Shown in pieces: positions 6,625 through 17,396 of a stretch of DNA of 20,000 nucleotides. The position numbers and the translations under genes are program-made. The DNA is taken from positions 51,221 to 71,220 of the IMG/VR virus record IMGVR_UViG_3300030202_002850. One strand, written 5' to 3'. The notes below the pieces were generated by a model. The model saw nothing but the letters and a program-made list of their open reading frames with translations. It did no database searches and had not been told where the DNA came from. Source of the DNA: an uncultured virus (IMG/VR IMGVR_UViG_3300030202_002850) (Duplodnaviria; Heunggongvirae; Uroviricota; Caudoviricetes). The first letter of the stretch is position 1. Each line of letters opens with the position of its first letter.

Positions 6625-9600
6625 TAGATCTGCCCCTCATACTCAACGTCATACCGTTCAACATCTGCACGTTCTCCGTAAATAGTGTAGTAGCAATCAA
6701 TGTCTGCTCCATTAGCCTCACCAATCTTCACCTCTACGTTAGATGCACTAATCACATACAACTGCTGAAATGATCCTTTAGGTGTTAGCTGGACAGTAAC
6801 CGTGCCGTCTCTAACCAACCCTGCCCAGTAATCTGGTAGATCAATCGTGTCACCTTGAACTTCCCCACGTTGATAAACCCCAATCTCTGGCCCTTCCAAA
6901 CTTGAGTGACGAAGTTTGTGACCAGTTTTAGTTGGGTGATTAATTTTAAATGATTTACTAATGCCACCAACGTCACCGTTTATATACATATTACCACTAG
7001 CAAAAATGGCGTAACTGCTATTAGGACTAGTACCAACTCCGAGTCTTGTAGTGATCTGGGCATCTCCCACAACGTGTAGGTTTTCATCACCGGGGGATGT
7101 CTTGTTAACAGTTAGTGAATGGTCGGAGCCATTGTAAAATAAACGTGGTGCTTGTTTGACTGTTGTGCTTGCTGTGTAAACCGCTATGTTTCCATTAGTT
7201 GTGCTAGTCGTAACTGAGCTTGATGAAACTGTACCACTGCCACTGCCGCTAGACGCACTATTCCAAAGGACAGACCCAGAAGATGATTTAAGTGCAATTG
7301 CGTCAGTGCCAATTTCTAAGTACTGGTTACTGCCTCCACTGAATGTGATTCTAGAGTTAAGGGTTAGGTTTCCACTAAGGGATAGATGCCCATCCTCATC
7401 CAAAGTCATGCGGTCATAACCAGTTCCACCTTTGGTTGTAGAAAAAATTAAATCAGCATCACCATCCCCCGCAAATTCGGTACGAATAGTTCCTTCAGCA
7501 GCAGCAGAACTACTGTTGATTTTCATTTGGATAGCACAGAAACGACCAGTGTTAATTGATCCACTGTCGCTATTACGCAGCACCAAAATAGAGTCAGACT
7601 GATCGTTTAAATTAAATGAAGTATCTGCACTTGGGAAAGCAACCTCCAAGCCCTCAGTGAACGGTGCAGATGTCCCAATTCCTACCTGACCTCCAGTAAA
7701 CCAAGAGGAACCATCAGTATGAATCTGAACCTTTTGTGTTCCTCCATCCTTGTAAGCACGGATTAAACAGTCGTTACCAGACTGACGAACATTGAACATC
7801 GCATCGCCAGCGGAATCTTTCATGTTCAGTACATTGGTTCCATCGCCAGTACTTTTAATTAAGAAAGCATCAGATGCATCTGCGGCAACATTAACGCCTA
7901 AGTTAGTTAAATGAGTTCTACCCTCAACCTTTAAGCCTAAATCTCCTGAGTCAGCATTTGTAATGTGCAGCGGATAATTCCCAGTGTTAGCCTCAATAGT
8001 ACACGCACCACTAGCACCTACAGCAAAACGAGTGTTACCGCTATCGCCCTTACACCTAAAAATATTTCCACTGCCTTGCTGAACATCAAGGGCTGTATTG
8101 GATGGTACGATTCCAATTCCAACGCCCCCTGAACTAATTTTTAATCTACCAATCGCACTAGTACCAAATGTCAGCAGTTCATTATCATGGTTGTACTCTA
8201 TGTACCCTCTATACTTCTGATTACCATTTACACCATCACCAAAATAAATTGAACCCGTATGAGAAGTCCCAGAGCGAATAGTCATTCCAGCGTGACCGCC
8301 AGTATGCCCTAGAACAAAATCGTCAGCAGTTGATTCTGCATAAGTGTCAGGAGGCAGGGCGTTTAAAAATAATCTTTTACTATTATCAACTGCTAAACAT
8401 TCAGTGTCATGTAAAAATACTGCAAACCCATCAACCTCATCTGATCCATCGTGAAGTGATTTTAATTCAAGCTCGTTTGACGTAGCTCCACCCCTACGCC
8501 CAACTCTCAAGAATGTTGACCAAGAAATTCCTCCGTCTGTTGGGTCTAAAATATCAAGGACAGTAGCTCGGTTCGTACTAGGGTTTCTGTTAAAAGATAA
8601 TTTACCGTGTAATGTGGAATGCCCGTCCTTGTCCCAGTATTGAACCGCAGTTGTTCCCGTCCCTTCTGTACCAGCATCACCCAAAGTTGGAACCCGTGTG
8701 TTGTTATCTCCTCTCAGTAGTGCGAAGTAACCTTTTCCAGCAGAAATTTTGTAAGCATTTGTAAACGCCCACATTCTTTCATTGCCCGTCCAACTTGCTC
8801 CAGTATTCCAAACCAAAAATCCTTGACTGCTTAACCTAGCTCCTGATCCTCCTGAGTCGTATTGAACCGAATAACCACGGAGAGTGTGAGTCATTGGATC
8901 GCTAAACGAAGTGCCGGGTCTACCAATTTTAACCCCACCAACCTCCATGCGAAGCACACCAGAAGTTCCTAAAACATCAGCTTGAATATAACCACCGCCA
9001 TGTGTGCCAATGATCCTTGTGTTAGCGTTGTTCCAGTATAAACCATAACCATTGTCCAACTGTATATTACCATTCCCGACTGTGAATTTTTCAGCGATCT
9101 GGCTTGGGCTTTTTCCTAACCCTGTTTTACCAGCACCCGTTACGATTAATGCAGATGCGTCACCTCCAGTGTTAACCCTTAGTCCCATCGCAGACGTTCC
9201 AGAAGAAGCTATTTGAACATTAAGTCCGTTGTCCTCCGACTGAGTTCCGCTATTGTATAAATATGCAAGAAAAGCACTGTTCCCTAAATCACCAGTTACA
9301 TGGAGGAGGCTTGTGGGCGATACAGTTCCTACCCCTAGCGACCCCGTAATTGTAGCTCCAGCGGAAGTCGTCTCAAACTTCTTTGACCCATCGTAAAAAA
9401 GCTCAACTGCACCGTTATTGCCAGTACCATCCTTTTTAAAAATAGCAGAGAACTTTTGTCCACCCTTGTATGAGAAATTTAAATTACCAGCATTAGTGCC
9501 TTGCTGCATATATGTGTTAGACCCGTCATGGAATATTTGAAGATCGTCACCACTGCCCCAAACAGATTTAACATTATCGTTGGCACGGGTGAGTTCCATG

Positions 9601-12600
9601 CTCTCATCCCACTCCCAGAATTTTCCGTTATCTGCCCAAAACCTTACATCATGCCCACTACCGTTTGCTCCAACTGTTAACGGTTTGTAGACATTAAAGG
9701 ATGACGAGTTAAACTCTACTACGCTAGTTGACCCAGCGTTAAGCCTACGCATCCCAGAATCGTCTACATATAACCTAAATGAGTTAGTGCCGTTGACAAC
9801 AGCAATACCATCCGTGTTGGTTCCCGCTGGTTGGGCCACACCAAAATGTCCGTAACCTGAGAGGTCTGTTGAATTAACTGAAACGTGTTGGGATTCGTTA
9901 ATCCGCATCGCCTCAACTAGATTAGGCCCACCAGATGCGTTAGATGTCCAAAACCCTATAGATCCAGTGTGAGTTGCTCCCGGCTCAAGCACTTGGATTC
10001 TTGCAGTAGCATTTGAGTTTCCAGTTGCATTGCGAGTAAAATCAATATTGCGAACATGACCTGACGAATTATCAATTTGTAATTTAGTTAAGTCGGTTGC
10101 TCCATCAACAAACAAATATCCGTAGACCTCAGTATTGCTTGCGATAGAAGTCGTAGATGACGATATGGTCATTCTAGTTGTCCCAGCACGTTGGATTAAA
10201 AAATTGTGGCTAGAATTTGTTCCAACGACAGCATCACCGCCTGCACGGTTAGCAGTTAGGCGAGCTATGACTGTCCCACTTTTTACTATGTTCTGAAATA
10301 AAGGAGCGTTATTTGCGGTGCTACCAGTTGTTAAGTCACCAGTAGGTATTTCAACATTTCCTCCCGGCAGAATTGTAAGACGATCTACTAAAGTATCATC
10401 TGCCGTTCCCGGTGTTGCGAAAGCTATTTTAGCGGGAGCAGAAACAGTGTTCGCCGCTCCATGACGAGTAACAGTTATAGCCGCTGAATTTCTGTAGCTA
10501 GAACCAGAAGGAGCGTATGCTACATAAGAAGTTGTACCGATAATGTCTCCATCACTTGTTCCTGTCGGGCTTGCTTCTGTTCCAGTTGATCGTTGGAAGA
10601 ATTGCCTCACCGCCCCCGAACTGTGTCCAGAGCCACTGTAATGCAACATCAGGTGATTCCCGTCTGCTGCTGAAATATGTAATGATTTAGCTGGGGCTGA
10701 ATTTCCTATGCTGCAATTTCCATTGTTCCTCACGAAGAATCCCGTCCCTGCTCCAGTGTAGGTTGCAAGTGCATAAACAGTCGTTCCCGAATTAGCAGAA
10801 CAATCAATGCTTAGACCGTAACCATTTGTGTGTGTATTTTTAATACGAGCAGCCCAATCAGCTTCATTCTCTAAAACATCAAGGCGTACAGCGGGTACGC
10901 AGTTAATTCCAAAATCCCCACTTGTATCTAGGATCATTTTTACGGAATTGTTATTTAGGAAATATAAGTTCTGATTATTCGCAGCATTTAAATAAGTTGA
11001 CCCAGCAGAACTTTGAATTAATGCGTAGTTCCCCGTTCCACCAGCATCAATGTGAGAAAATCCAGCGTAATCACTATGTCCGATGTATCCAACTTTAGCT
11101 CGGCCTAAAACATGGTAACTGTCGGTGTCGTTTAAGGCTTCTAACCTACCGCTTTCATGTATGCTGAGTTTGCCAGCAGATGTACCAATGTCTAAATAGT
11201 CATTCGGATCGGAACCTGACCGTCCAGAAATTGTCCACGTTTCATTACCCGTGGCGGTCATGGTTATAAAATTATTGTTGTCTGCTCGCTCAGTAATAAA
11301 TCCACCATCAGCAGTTACCGACCCAGAAAAATCTCCAGCCGTTCCATAAATTAACCAACGCTTGTTACTCAGACCCAAACCGTAACCGGGGTCATTAGGA
11401 TAGAGTGCCGAACTAGAAATTATCGCTCGTTTAGTTCCAGAAGCACTTCCCGATACACCGCCAGCAGTGTGTTCACTGGTAGCAGCAGTCCTAAACTGCA
11501 TAGCACCAGACTCGTTCATTATGGAAACGCCTTGGCCGCTGGTTCCAGTTTCTAAAAATAATCTAGGACTTAGGTTATCATTTTCGCCACCCTTAATAAC
11601 CACCCCATCAGCACCATCTGTGCCTTGCAGAACTATTCGGTTTGAAAACTCATTAACGTCACCCAACTTTGCCAACTGTTCATAGCAAGAGATTTTGTCT
11701 AAGTTGAAACTACTACCGCTGTCACTTGCCCAAAATGCTAGGCTAGTGTCGGTAACAACAATTTCTACAGTATATGTTCCGGGGTTGTGATCGGTATAAC
11801 CTGAGTAAACATAGCCAGAACTTCCAGCCATGTTGCCAATCCATATTTTAGCAACCCCCGAACCCCCTACAGTAAAAGTAAGTTTGAATGTTTTGCCCTT
11901 GTCAGCAGCAGTGAATATAGATTGCTGAGTTAGTTGGTTGCTTCCAGAAGTTGTATTGAATGTTGCAACACCTGACCCTAGCACCCAACCTGATCCTAAT
12001 GTCCAATTGCTTGTGCTGCTAAAATCGCCATTAGAGATTCTGTTAGTTGTGCTGTAAGTTTTAACAACACCTCGCACGGAAGGAATATTTACACCCAATG
12101 AACTGATACGCATCCTTTCCGTCAACGCACTCATCGCACCTTTTCCAGTAGAAAAAATTAATTCTCCGTGGTAAGGGTCTGCTCCTGTTAGGCAAGTGAT
12201 TGAAGCCCGATGATAAGAGTTACCAAAAGAGGCAAATGTAATTGCTGAAGAATCTGTCGTTCCACCAGCGGTATTATCCAACATTAATACTGGGCCTAAA
12301 CCATTTGAATTTGACTTAGCTAAATGAAGGAGTTGTGACGGGGCAGTTGTACCTAACGCTGCGAAGCCACTACTAAGAATATTAAAATTATTTGCCGAAG
12401 CCTGTGCTGCTGCACCAAAACCTAAAACACTATTCTCAGCGACGATATATGCACTTGTGTCGTTGTCTGCGACTCTAAGTTTAGCCCTGTTGGTTCTAGA
12501 TTTTACCGTTAGCCCAACTTCAGCCCCACCTTCAGAATTAAACGTGACTAATTTTGTTTCGCCATTAACAGAGTTGCCAACTTGAAGGTTGTTAGAAAGA

Positions 12601-14432
12601 ACAATATCTGTTGCATCAAAACTAATTTTCTCTGTTCCACCATACTGGAATATCGCCCTGCCAGATCCCGGTGGAATAATGTTAATACGAGCATTAGCGT
12701 TAGTTCCTGTTGGTGTAATTGTTAACTGTGCCGCTGCATCAGTGGAGGTAATGGAAAGATGTCCAGCAGACGATATGGCTAACCTCTCAGTTAAGCTACT
12801 GCCAGAACCAGAAGGTGAAGTGTAAAATTTTAAATCACCATCATCCCCACTAGAATGAGAGCGGATCATCGCAATGCTGTTACTGTTATTTGCAAACAGA
12901 ACCTGACCAGCATCACTACCTCCTGTCCTTTTACCTTCTAATTTTAAAACAGCAGCGTCACCCGTTTTATCATTGTGAATATGCAGTTGAGTGTTTCCAG
13001 AGGTTGCTGAGTTATGTAAATGTAAGAGGCTTGTCGGGGATACTGTTCCCAGCCCTAAATTGCCACCCGTAAACCAACTGTTTCCATTACTGGATAAACC
13101 AACCTTACTTGAATTATTTTTGTCTAAAACATACGCAGCACCATCGCCATCTGCGTCTTGGTAAACTCCAAATATTTTGTCGCTGTCAAGTGAACTAATA
13201 ACTGCAAACGGGTACGAGGAATTGCCCCCACTTTTAATTGTTGTTGCACCAGCAGACGATATAGTTAGCCTCTCTGCATCGTCGGTGAACATCCGAATTG
13301 ACCCTGCCTTTTTATGCAGAATGTCTAGATGACCAGCATCGCCAGTGACACCAATCATGCTTATGGTTGAGCCACTATCTTTCAACTCAATGTAACCAGT
13401 AGCATTCGTTCCCCATGTTCCTCCATCTTGGATCGTTAGCACTGGAGCAGATGAATATAAATGTAGGAGACTTGATGCTGAAGTAGTTCCAAGGCCAGTG
13501 TTGCCTCCATCTAAAACTACTAAGGCAGAAGCGTTGTTTCCAACGATGGTGCTTGAACCTGATCTATAAATTATGTTCGCAGAATTAGCTGCATTGTTTA
13601 GTGTGTCTGCATTAACTATTCCCGTGACTTTGATTCCAGTAGTTAATGTTTCCAGCTTGAGACTGTTGTTGTGGTACAGCTTAACTGGCCCATCTGGTTC
13701 AAACGTGGCTAGTTTTTCTGAAGACCCGTATTTGTAAAATCCATTGTCAGCAGTTCCCGCAACTTCAATTTTTAATCCACCAGTGCCTTGGTCTTGGATC
13801 AGCGAATTAGAACCGTCATGTTTAATAATTAAATCGCCGCCAGTTCCAATAGAAATTCTATCATCATCAGCTAACTCTAAATCGCCTGAGAGTGTTAACG
13901 TGTCATCAACAGTTACGGCTCCGTTAAAATATGACGTTCCGTTATTGTAAAAATCAAAACTGTTATTAACCGAACCTACATTGAGTTTTCCAAAAAGATG
14001 CCCTGTTCCTGTTGCGGTTATTGCTCCTCCAAAAGTACAACTGCCATCGCTATTTAAAGCAAACTGGTGCAGAGAACTTATATCATTGTAGAAGCTCAAT
14101 TTCGTATCAGCTTCATATTGAAACACCCGCCACTTATCTGTGCCTCCTCTTTGGAAAGCAATTGAAGTGAGTGATCCTCCAGAGCTAATAGTAGGGTTAA
14201 GCCTTAATATCTTATTAGTGGAAGTAGATATTGTTAACGCACCACTAAGTGTGCCGCCAGCTAAAGGGAGATAACTTGTGGATACAGATGGGTTGAGATG
14301 GATTACTCCATTGGCAGCGGCGTTGCCAACATATAACTTACTGTCTGAAAGATTAACCGCTAACTCGCCAGCCGCTAACCCGCTAGGTACGCCAGCAGAT
14401 GTACGCCGTTTAATCTGAAGTGTGTTGGCCAT
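6624..14432 (-). CDS. Giant tail fibre / receptor-binding protein (2602 aa)
   Basis: N-terminal IKRR...LAAGELAVNLSDSKLYVG fibre anchor; many GxxGxGTxSP..LLH / ERLTISS fibre repeats; G/S/T/N-rich; C-terminal SKSFKINHP..LRHSSLEGPE..VYQRG domain typical of aquatic phage fibres. Confidence 0.88.
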   Translation of the reverse strand: MANTLQIKRRTSAGVPSGLAAGELAVNLSDSKLYVGNAAANGVIHLNPSVSTSYLPLAGGTLSGALTISTSTNKILRLNPTISSGGSLTSIAFQRGGTDKWRVFQYEADTKLSFYNDISSLHQFALNSDGSCTFGGAITATGTGHLFGKLNVGSVNNSFDFYNNGTSYFNGAVTVDDTLTLSGDLELADDDRISIGTGGDLIIKHDGSNSLIQDQGTGGLKIEVAGTADNGFYKYGSSEKLATFEPDGPVKLYHNNSLKLETLTTGIKVTGIVNADTLNNAANSANIIYRSGSSTIVGNNASALVVLDGGNTGLGTTSASSLLHLYSSAPVLTIQDGGTWGTNATGYIELKDSGSTISMIGVTGDAGHLDILHKKAGSIRMFTDDAERLTISSAGATTIKSGGNSSYPFAVISSLDSDKIFGVYQDADGDGAAYVLDKNNSSKVGLSSNGNSWFTGGNLGLGTVSPTSLLHLHNSATSGNTQLHIHNDKTGDAAVLKLEGKRTGGSDAGQVLFANNSNSIAMIRSHSSGDDGDLKFYTSPSGSGSSLTERLAISSAGHLSITSTDAAAQLTITPTGTNANARINIIPPGSGRAIFQYGGTEKISFDATDIVLSNNLQVGNSVNGETKLVTFNSEGGAEVGLTVKSRTNRAKLRVADNDTSAYIVAENSVLGFGAAAQASANNFNILSSGFAALGTTAPSQLLHLAKSNSNGLGPVLMLDNTAGGTTDSSAITFASFGNSYHRASITCLTGADPYHGELIFSTGKGAMSALTERMRISSLGVNIPSVRGVVKTYSTTNRISNGDFSSTSNWTLGSGWVLGSGVATFNTTSGSNQLTQQSIFTAADKGKTFKLTFTVGGSGVAKIWIGNMAGSSGYVYSGYTDHNPGTYTVEIVVTDTSLAFWASDSGSSFNLDKISCYEQLAKLGDVNEFSNRIVLQGTDGADGVVIKGGENDNLSPRLFLETGTSGQGVSIMNESGAMQFRTAATSEHTAGGVSGSASGTKRAIISSSALYPNDPGYGLGLSNKRWLIYGTAGDFSGSVTADGGFITERADNNNFITMTATGNETWTISGRSGSDPNDYLDIGTSAGKLSIHESGRLEALNDTDSYHVLGRAKVGYIGHSDYAGFSHIDAGGTGNYALIQSSAGSTYLNAANNQNLYFLNNNSVKMILDTSGDFGINCVPAVRLDVLENEADWAARIKNTHTNGYGLSIDCSANSGTTVYALATYTGAGTGFFVRNNGNCSIGNSAPAKSLHISAADGNHLMLHYSGSGHSSGAVRQFFQRSTGTEASPTGTSDGDIIGTTSYVAYAPSGSSYRNSAAITVTRHGAANTVSAPAKIAFATPGTADDTLVDRLTILPGGNVEIPTGDLTTGSTANNAPLFQNIVKSGTVIARLTANRAGGDAVVGTNSSHNFLIQRAGTTRMTISSSTTSIASNTEVYGYLFVDGATDLTKLQIDNSSGHVRNIDFTRNATGNSNATARIQVLEPGATHTGSIGFWTSNASGGPNLVEAMRINESQHVSVNSTDLSGYGHFGVAQPAGTNTDGIAVVNGTNSFRLYVDDSGMRRLNAGSTSVVEFNSSSFNVYKPLTVGANGSGHDVRFWADNGKFWEWDESMELTRANDNVKSVWGSGDDLQIFHDGSNTYMQQGTNAGNLNFSYKGGQKFSAIFKKDGTGNNGAVELFYDGSKKFETTSAGATITGSLGVGTVSPTSLLHVTGDLGNSAFLAYLYNSGTQSEDNGLNVQIASSGTSAMGLRVNTGGDASALIVTGAGKTGLGKSPSQIAEKFTVGNGNIQLDNGYGLYWNNANTRIIGTHGGGYIQADVLGTSGVLRMEVGGVKIGRPGTSFSDPMTHTLRGYSVQYDSGGSGARLSSQGFLVWNTGASWTGNERMWAFTNAYKISAGKGYFALLRGDNNTRVPTLGDAGTEGTGTTAVQYWDKDGHSTLHGKLSFNRNPSTNRATVLDILDPTDGGISWSTFLRVGRRGGATSNELELKSLHDGSDEVDGFAVFLHDTECLAVDNSKRLFLNALPPDTYAESTADDFVLGHTGGHAGMTIRSGTSHTGSIYFGDGVNGNQKYRGYIEYNHDNELLTFGTSAIGRLKISSGGVGIGIVPSNTALDVQQGSGNIFRCKGDSGNTRFAVGASGACTIEANTGNYPLHITNADSGDLGLKVEGRTHLTNLGVNVAADASDAFLIKSTGDGTNVLNMKDSAGDAMFNVRQSGNDCLIRAYKDGGTQKVQIHTDGSSWFTGGQVGIGTSAPFTEGLEVAFPSADTSFNLNDQSDSILVLRNSDSGSINTGRFCAIQMKINSSSAAAEGTIRTEFAGDGDADLIFSTTKGGTGYDRMTLDEDGHLSLSGNLTLNSRITFSGGSNQYLEIGTDAIALKSSSGSVLWNSASSGSGSGTVSSSSVTTSTTNGNIAVYTASTTVKQAPRLFYNGSDHSLTVNKTSPGDENLHVVGDAQITTRLGVGTSPNSSYAIFASGNMYINGDVGGISKSFKINHPTKTGHKLRHSSLEGPEIGVYQRGEVQGDTIDLPDYWAGLVRDGTVTVQLTPKGSFQQLYVISASNVEVKIGEANGADIDCYYTIYGERADVERYDVEYEGQI

Positions 14433-14435
14433 GTA

Positions 14436-15596
14436 CTAAAATGTTCCACAGTCTATGATTGATGAATCTTTAATGAATGTAGCTGAATCAAAAATTGTTA
14501 ATGGCACATCACTGAATGCATATTTTTTTGTATCACCACCCGCTGTAACATAAACAATCTTGTCGTTCCCTACTGGATCAGAAGCTCCGTTTGCTAGTTC
14601 TTCCAGATCAACAGACAAGTTGACAGTTCCTGTTGTCCCTCCTCCAGCTAGTCCCGTTCCCGCAGATACAGCCGTTATATCTCCAGCATAACTACCAGTA
14701 ACAAAAGTATGTATCTGATCTGCTGTTGCTAAGTTAGCTCCTCCATCTGCTATTGCTTCTGTAGTAACCTTTGATGTAGGAAGGGTTCCATTAATAGATG
14801 ACGCACCTAAGTTGACACGCATCTGTGTGTTGTGAATCTCTAAGCCGCCATTTGTGGTTAAAGCTGCATTTAAAGTATTACCACTTTTACTAATTCCATT
14901 TCCAGCAACTATCTGACCAGCCCCTGAAAATTGGGTAAACTGAATGGCGGTAGATCCAATTGTAATTGCATTGTTGGTTGTTAAAACAAATCCATTATCC
15001 GCATTTGCAGTACCCTCCTCAACAAACACAAAAGCATTTGCAGTTACCTCATCGTTCTCATCAAAGTCAGTTGCCCTAGAGAATCCTTTAGACGAATCAG
15101 CGTAGGTGTAAATACCATTTGCTGCATCTGCCGCATCATTGGAAGCTTGTGACTTAACTAAAACCCTATCTCCGTCAGCAAGAGTTACACCATCAATAAC
15201 ATTTTGACCTCCACTTGTTGATCCTCCGTAGCTGTTAGGAAAGCCACTAGGCATAACAGTTGTTGTGGCAACTCGCACTGATTCTTTTACATCTAATCCT
15301 TGAACATGAGAATCAACATACCGCTTGTTAGCCGCATCTGTTATGCTTGTTGGGTCAGCAAGATTGGTAATCTTCTGGCTGTTCATAGACAAACTACCAG
15401 TAGGGGCAATTAGGTTATTAATTGCTCCACCAATAATGTGCATTGAACTAGCAGAGAAATTAGGCGCACTCCCTTCAGTTCCAGCACCTATATACAAAGC
15501 TTTACTGCCTTCAGCATAAGCCATCTCACCTTGCCTTAAATTTGGATTTGGCGCAGATGATCCAGTGCTGCGTTTAATTTTAATTGTGTTACTCAT
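14436..15596 (-). CDS. Tail fibre / tail-associated structural protein (386 aa)
   Basis: IKIKRS...LRQGEMAY N-terminus; KITNLADP..DAANKRYVD; GLDVKESVRVATT; DGDRVLVKSQ..NGIY; FVEEGT; FTQFSGAGQI; ends IDCGTF. Confidence 0.85.
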   Translation of the reverse strand: MSNTIKIKRSTGSSAPNPNLRQGEMAYAEGSKALYIGAGTEGSAPNFSASSMHIIGGAINNLIAPTGSLSMNSQKITNLADPTSITDAANKRYVDSHVQGLDVKESVRVATTTVMPSGFPNSYGGSTSGGQNVIDGVTLADGDRVLVKSQASNDAADAANGIYTYADSSKGFSRATDFDENDEVTANAFVFVEEGTANADNGFVLTTNNAITIGSTAIQFTQFSGAGQIVAGNGISKSGNTLNAALTTNGGLEIHNTQMRVNLGASSINGTLPTSKVTTEAIADGGANLATADQIHTFVTGSYAGDITAVSAGTGLAGGGTTGTVNLSVDLEELANGASDPVGNDKIVYVTAGGDTKKYAFSDVPLTIFDSATFIKDSSIIDCGTF

Positions 15597-15811
15597 TAGA
15601 AATATCCTCCATCAGTTGTTTTATTAAATAGTTCTTGGGTGTTAAGAGTCCCAACAGCATCGCCTTCTATGCCAAGAATATTTTTTATATGCTCAGCTTG
15701 ATCGGGAGTGTTGTGAGCAAACAAGTCAGGAGGAGTTAGCTCAACCGCTCTTTTCAAAGAAGCGTCAAAGCTGTTTGGTCTTCCTGTATTGCGCCTTTTA
15801 GTAATCGCCAT
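15596..15811 (-). CDS. Small tail-associated hypothetical protein
   Basis: 71 aa, ends DGGYF like the neighbouring DCGTF terminus; TAATG coupling to the next gene. Confidence 0.7.
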   Translation of the reverse strand: MAITKRRNTGRPNSFDASLKRAVELTPPDLFAHNTPDQAEHIKNILGIEGDAVGTLNTQELFNKTTDGGYF

Positions 15812-15820
15812 TGAAGGCGA

Positions 15821-15850
15821 ATTGTACCATTAAGGTGCTTTTTCTGTTAA
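15821..15850 (-). promoter_or_regulatory. Putative sigma70-type promoter TTAACA-N18-TACAAT (extended -10 TG) for the tail operon
   Basis: Minus strand TTAACAgaaaaagcaccttaaTGgTACAAT, 9 nt before the ATG at 15811. Confidence 0.5.
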
Positions 15851-16375
15851 ATTAACCTCTACGTTATTTTGAACAGGAACAACCACATGCTCAGGAATCA
15901 TGCCTTGAAATTTTCTTTTCTCCTGAGGCTTCTCTAGCATTTGATTACTAGCCATTTTGTAAATCAGTTCAGCATTGCGCGAAATCTGATTTGCTAAACT
16001 AGCCCCTGCCGAAGCAGCTTTTATTCTAGTTTCATCATCTGGACTGCTTTTAGCAACAGACATTGCTACATCAAGTAACTCATCAAGTCTGTCATCTGAA
16101 ACTAAAACACGGCCAAGAGCCACTCTTATTGCACCAGCTTGCTCAGCAGCAATGCCAACATTTTTAAGCTTTCTAACTGTCTCTGCTCTAAGCTTTGTGA
16201 GACCAAGCTCTGATGCAGCCTCATCTATGTCCTCATCTTTAAGTCGTGATTCCGCATCATCGCCTTTATCAATAAGAGTTGGCTTTTCAATAACTGGCCC
16301 AGATATAGGATCACTTATTTCTGATGGAGTCTCCCCATCCGTATTCTCTGGCAATTGGCCCGATTCTGTTTTCAT
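15830..16375 (-). CDS. Hypothetical protein (acidic disordered N-terminus, helical core)
   Basis: 181-aa ORF in operon orientation. Confidence 0.75.
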   Translation of the reverse strand: MKTESGQLPENTDGETPSEISDPISGPVIEKPTLIDKGDDAESRLKDEDIDEAASELGLTKLRAETVRKLKNVGIAAEQAGAIRVALGRVLVSDDRLDELLDVAMSVAKSSPDDETRIKAASAGASLANQISRNAELIYKMASNQMLEKPQEKRKFQGMIPEHVVVPVQNNVEVNLTEKAP

Positions 16376-16643
16376 TTTCTCTTAACCAGCAATCAACATT
16401 ATACTTTGCCTTCAAAGGCATAAAGCACAAGCAACCCATAACATTACCGTTTTCTTCGACAGTCTCCTTACTTCCACAAGTCTTTAATTGAGTATGGTAT
16501 ATCGGACACTGGGCGCACTTCTTTAATCTCTCCTTGTATAAGCCCACTCTCTGGGGATTTAAGCTGTTCTTCCCTGTTGTCGCTGACAATAAAAGACGGG
16601 ATGCCTTGAGGAGACGTTGGACGCACTCTGCCTTTGGGGACAT
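16311..16643 (-). CDS. Cys-rich putative metal-binding protein (DUF6171-like pattern)
   Basis: ERLKKCAQCP...TCG...GCLCFMPLKAK...CW; start uncertain (ATG at 16643 chosen). Confidence 0.65.
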   Translation of the reverse strand: MSPKAECVQRLLKASRLLLSATTGKNSLNPQRVGLYKERLKKCAQCPIYHTQLKTCGSKETVEENGNVMGCLCFMPLKAKYNVDCWLRENENRIGPIAREYGWGDSIRNK

Positions 16644-17396
16644 GTGACACCAAATATTGACCGCGCTTACCACCGCCATTACGAATTGCCGCACACGGTA
16701 TAGACGTTTGCGTAACATATTTTGCAAAAAAACTAAAAATTTTACTAGCGTTTGATTTAACTAAATTCAAAAATCTTTTACCATATCCTGTAGATCCCAG
16801 ACTAGCTCTCTTGCTTTTTTCGTAATCCCCTGTAACCCTATACCACTGCCTGTTTACAGATATGTCTAAATTCCAACCTATAGTTGAATTTATTTTATTA
16901 AACTCGCATAAATCAGTATTGTAAATTTCCGAATCCCAACCGACATTGTAGAGATATGAATCAACTAATTCCTTTGGTGTGGTTTTTAAAGATGGCACTA
17001 ACCGAGGAAATTTAGCGCTCAATATTTCTTTCCAGTTTTTCCTGTAAGGAAAAGCATGGATTTCAGCGAACCCTAAATTTATTGATTTATTTTCTTCAAT
17101 TAAATACGCAGGGGCTTCTTGTATTATTGCCATCCAAACAGCTTTCATTACTGCTGGCCTTGCTCCAGTTCTTCTAGCCAACCAGTTTATAAAATCTACA
17201 GCTTCTTTTTCTTTCTTCTTTTCATCTTCTTCTTCTCCACATCCTCCAGATGTTGGCTCAACCAACTGGCTTCCTTCTCTGCTTCCTCTTTTGATTCGTG
17301 GATCACTTTCAAAATCGGAGGAAACTCCTTCTTGACCAGCCTCTGCCCTGCCACTACTGGGTAAGGCATTGCTGGGTTCTTTATCATTACCCTCCA
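16468..17396 (-). CDS. Hypothetical protein with HU/IHF-like segment
   Basis: DFINWLARRTGARPAVMKAVWMAIIQEAPAYLIEENKSINLGFAEI resembles HU helix1-helix2-beta1 (ELI.AIAE.TG.SK......V.A....I...L.....V.L.GFG.F); start uncertain. Confidence 0.55.

Noticed and set aside
6624..14432. Diversity-generating retroelement target
   Set aside because: No reverse transcriptase in the window and no near-identical TR/VR pair differing at adenines was seen
7186..15519. Plus-strand ORFs opposite the tail genes (7186, 11467, 12589, 12890, 13744, 15325) and similar antisense ORFs at 238, 1722, 3116, 3366, 3682, 3916, 4681, 5833, 16152, 17119, 18417, 19316
   Set aside because: Shadow frames of real genes, with no motifs or translation signals
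15830..16375. Possible terminase small subunit
   Set aside because: Size and helical content fit, but there is no recognisable motif and it is far from terL
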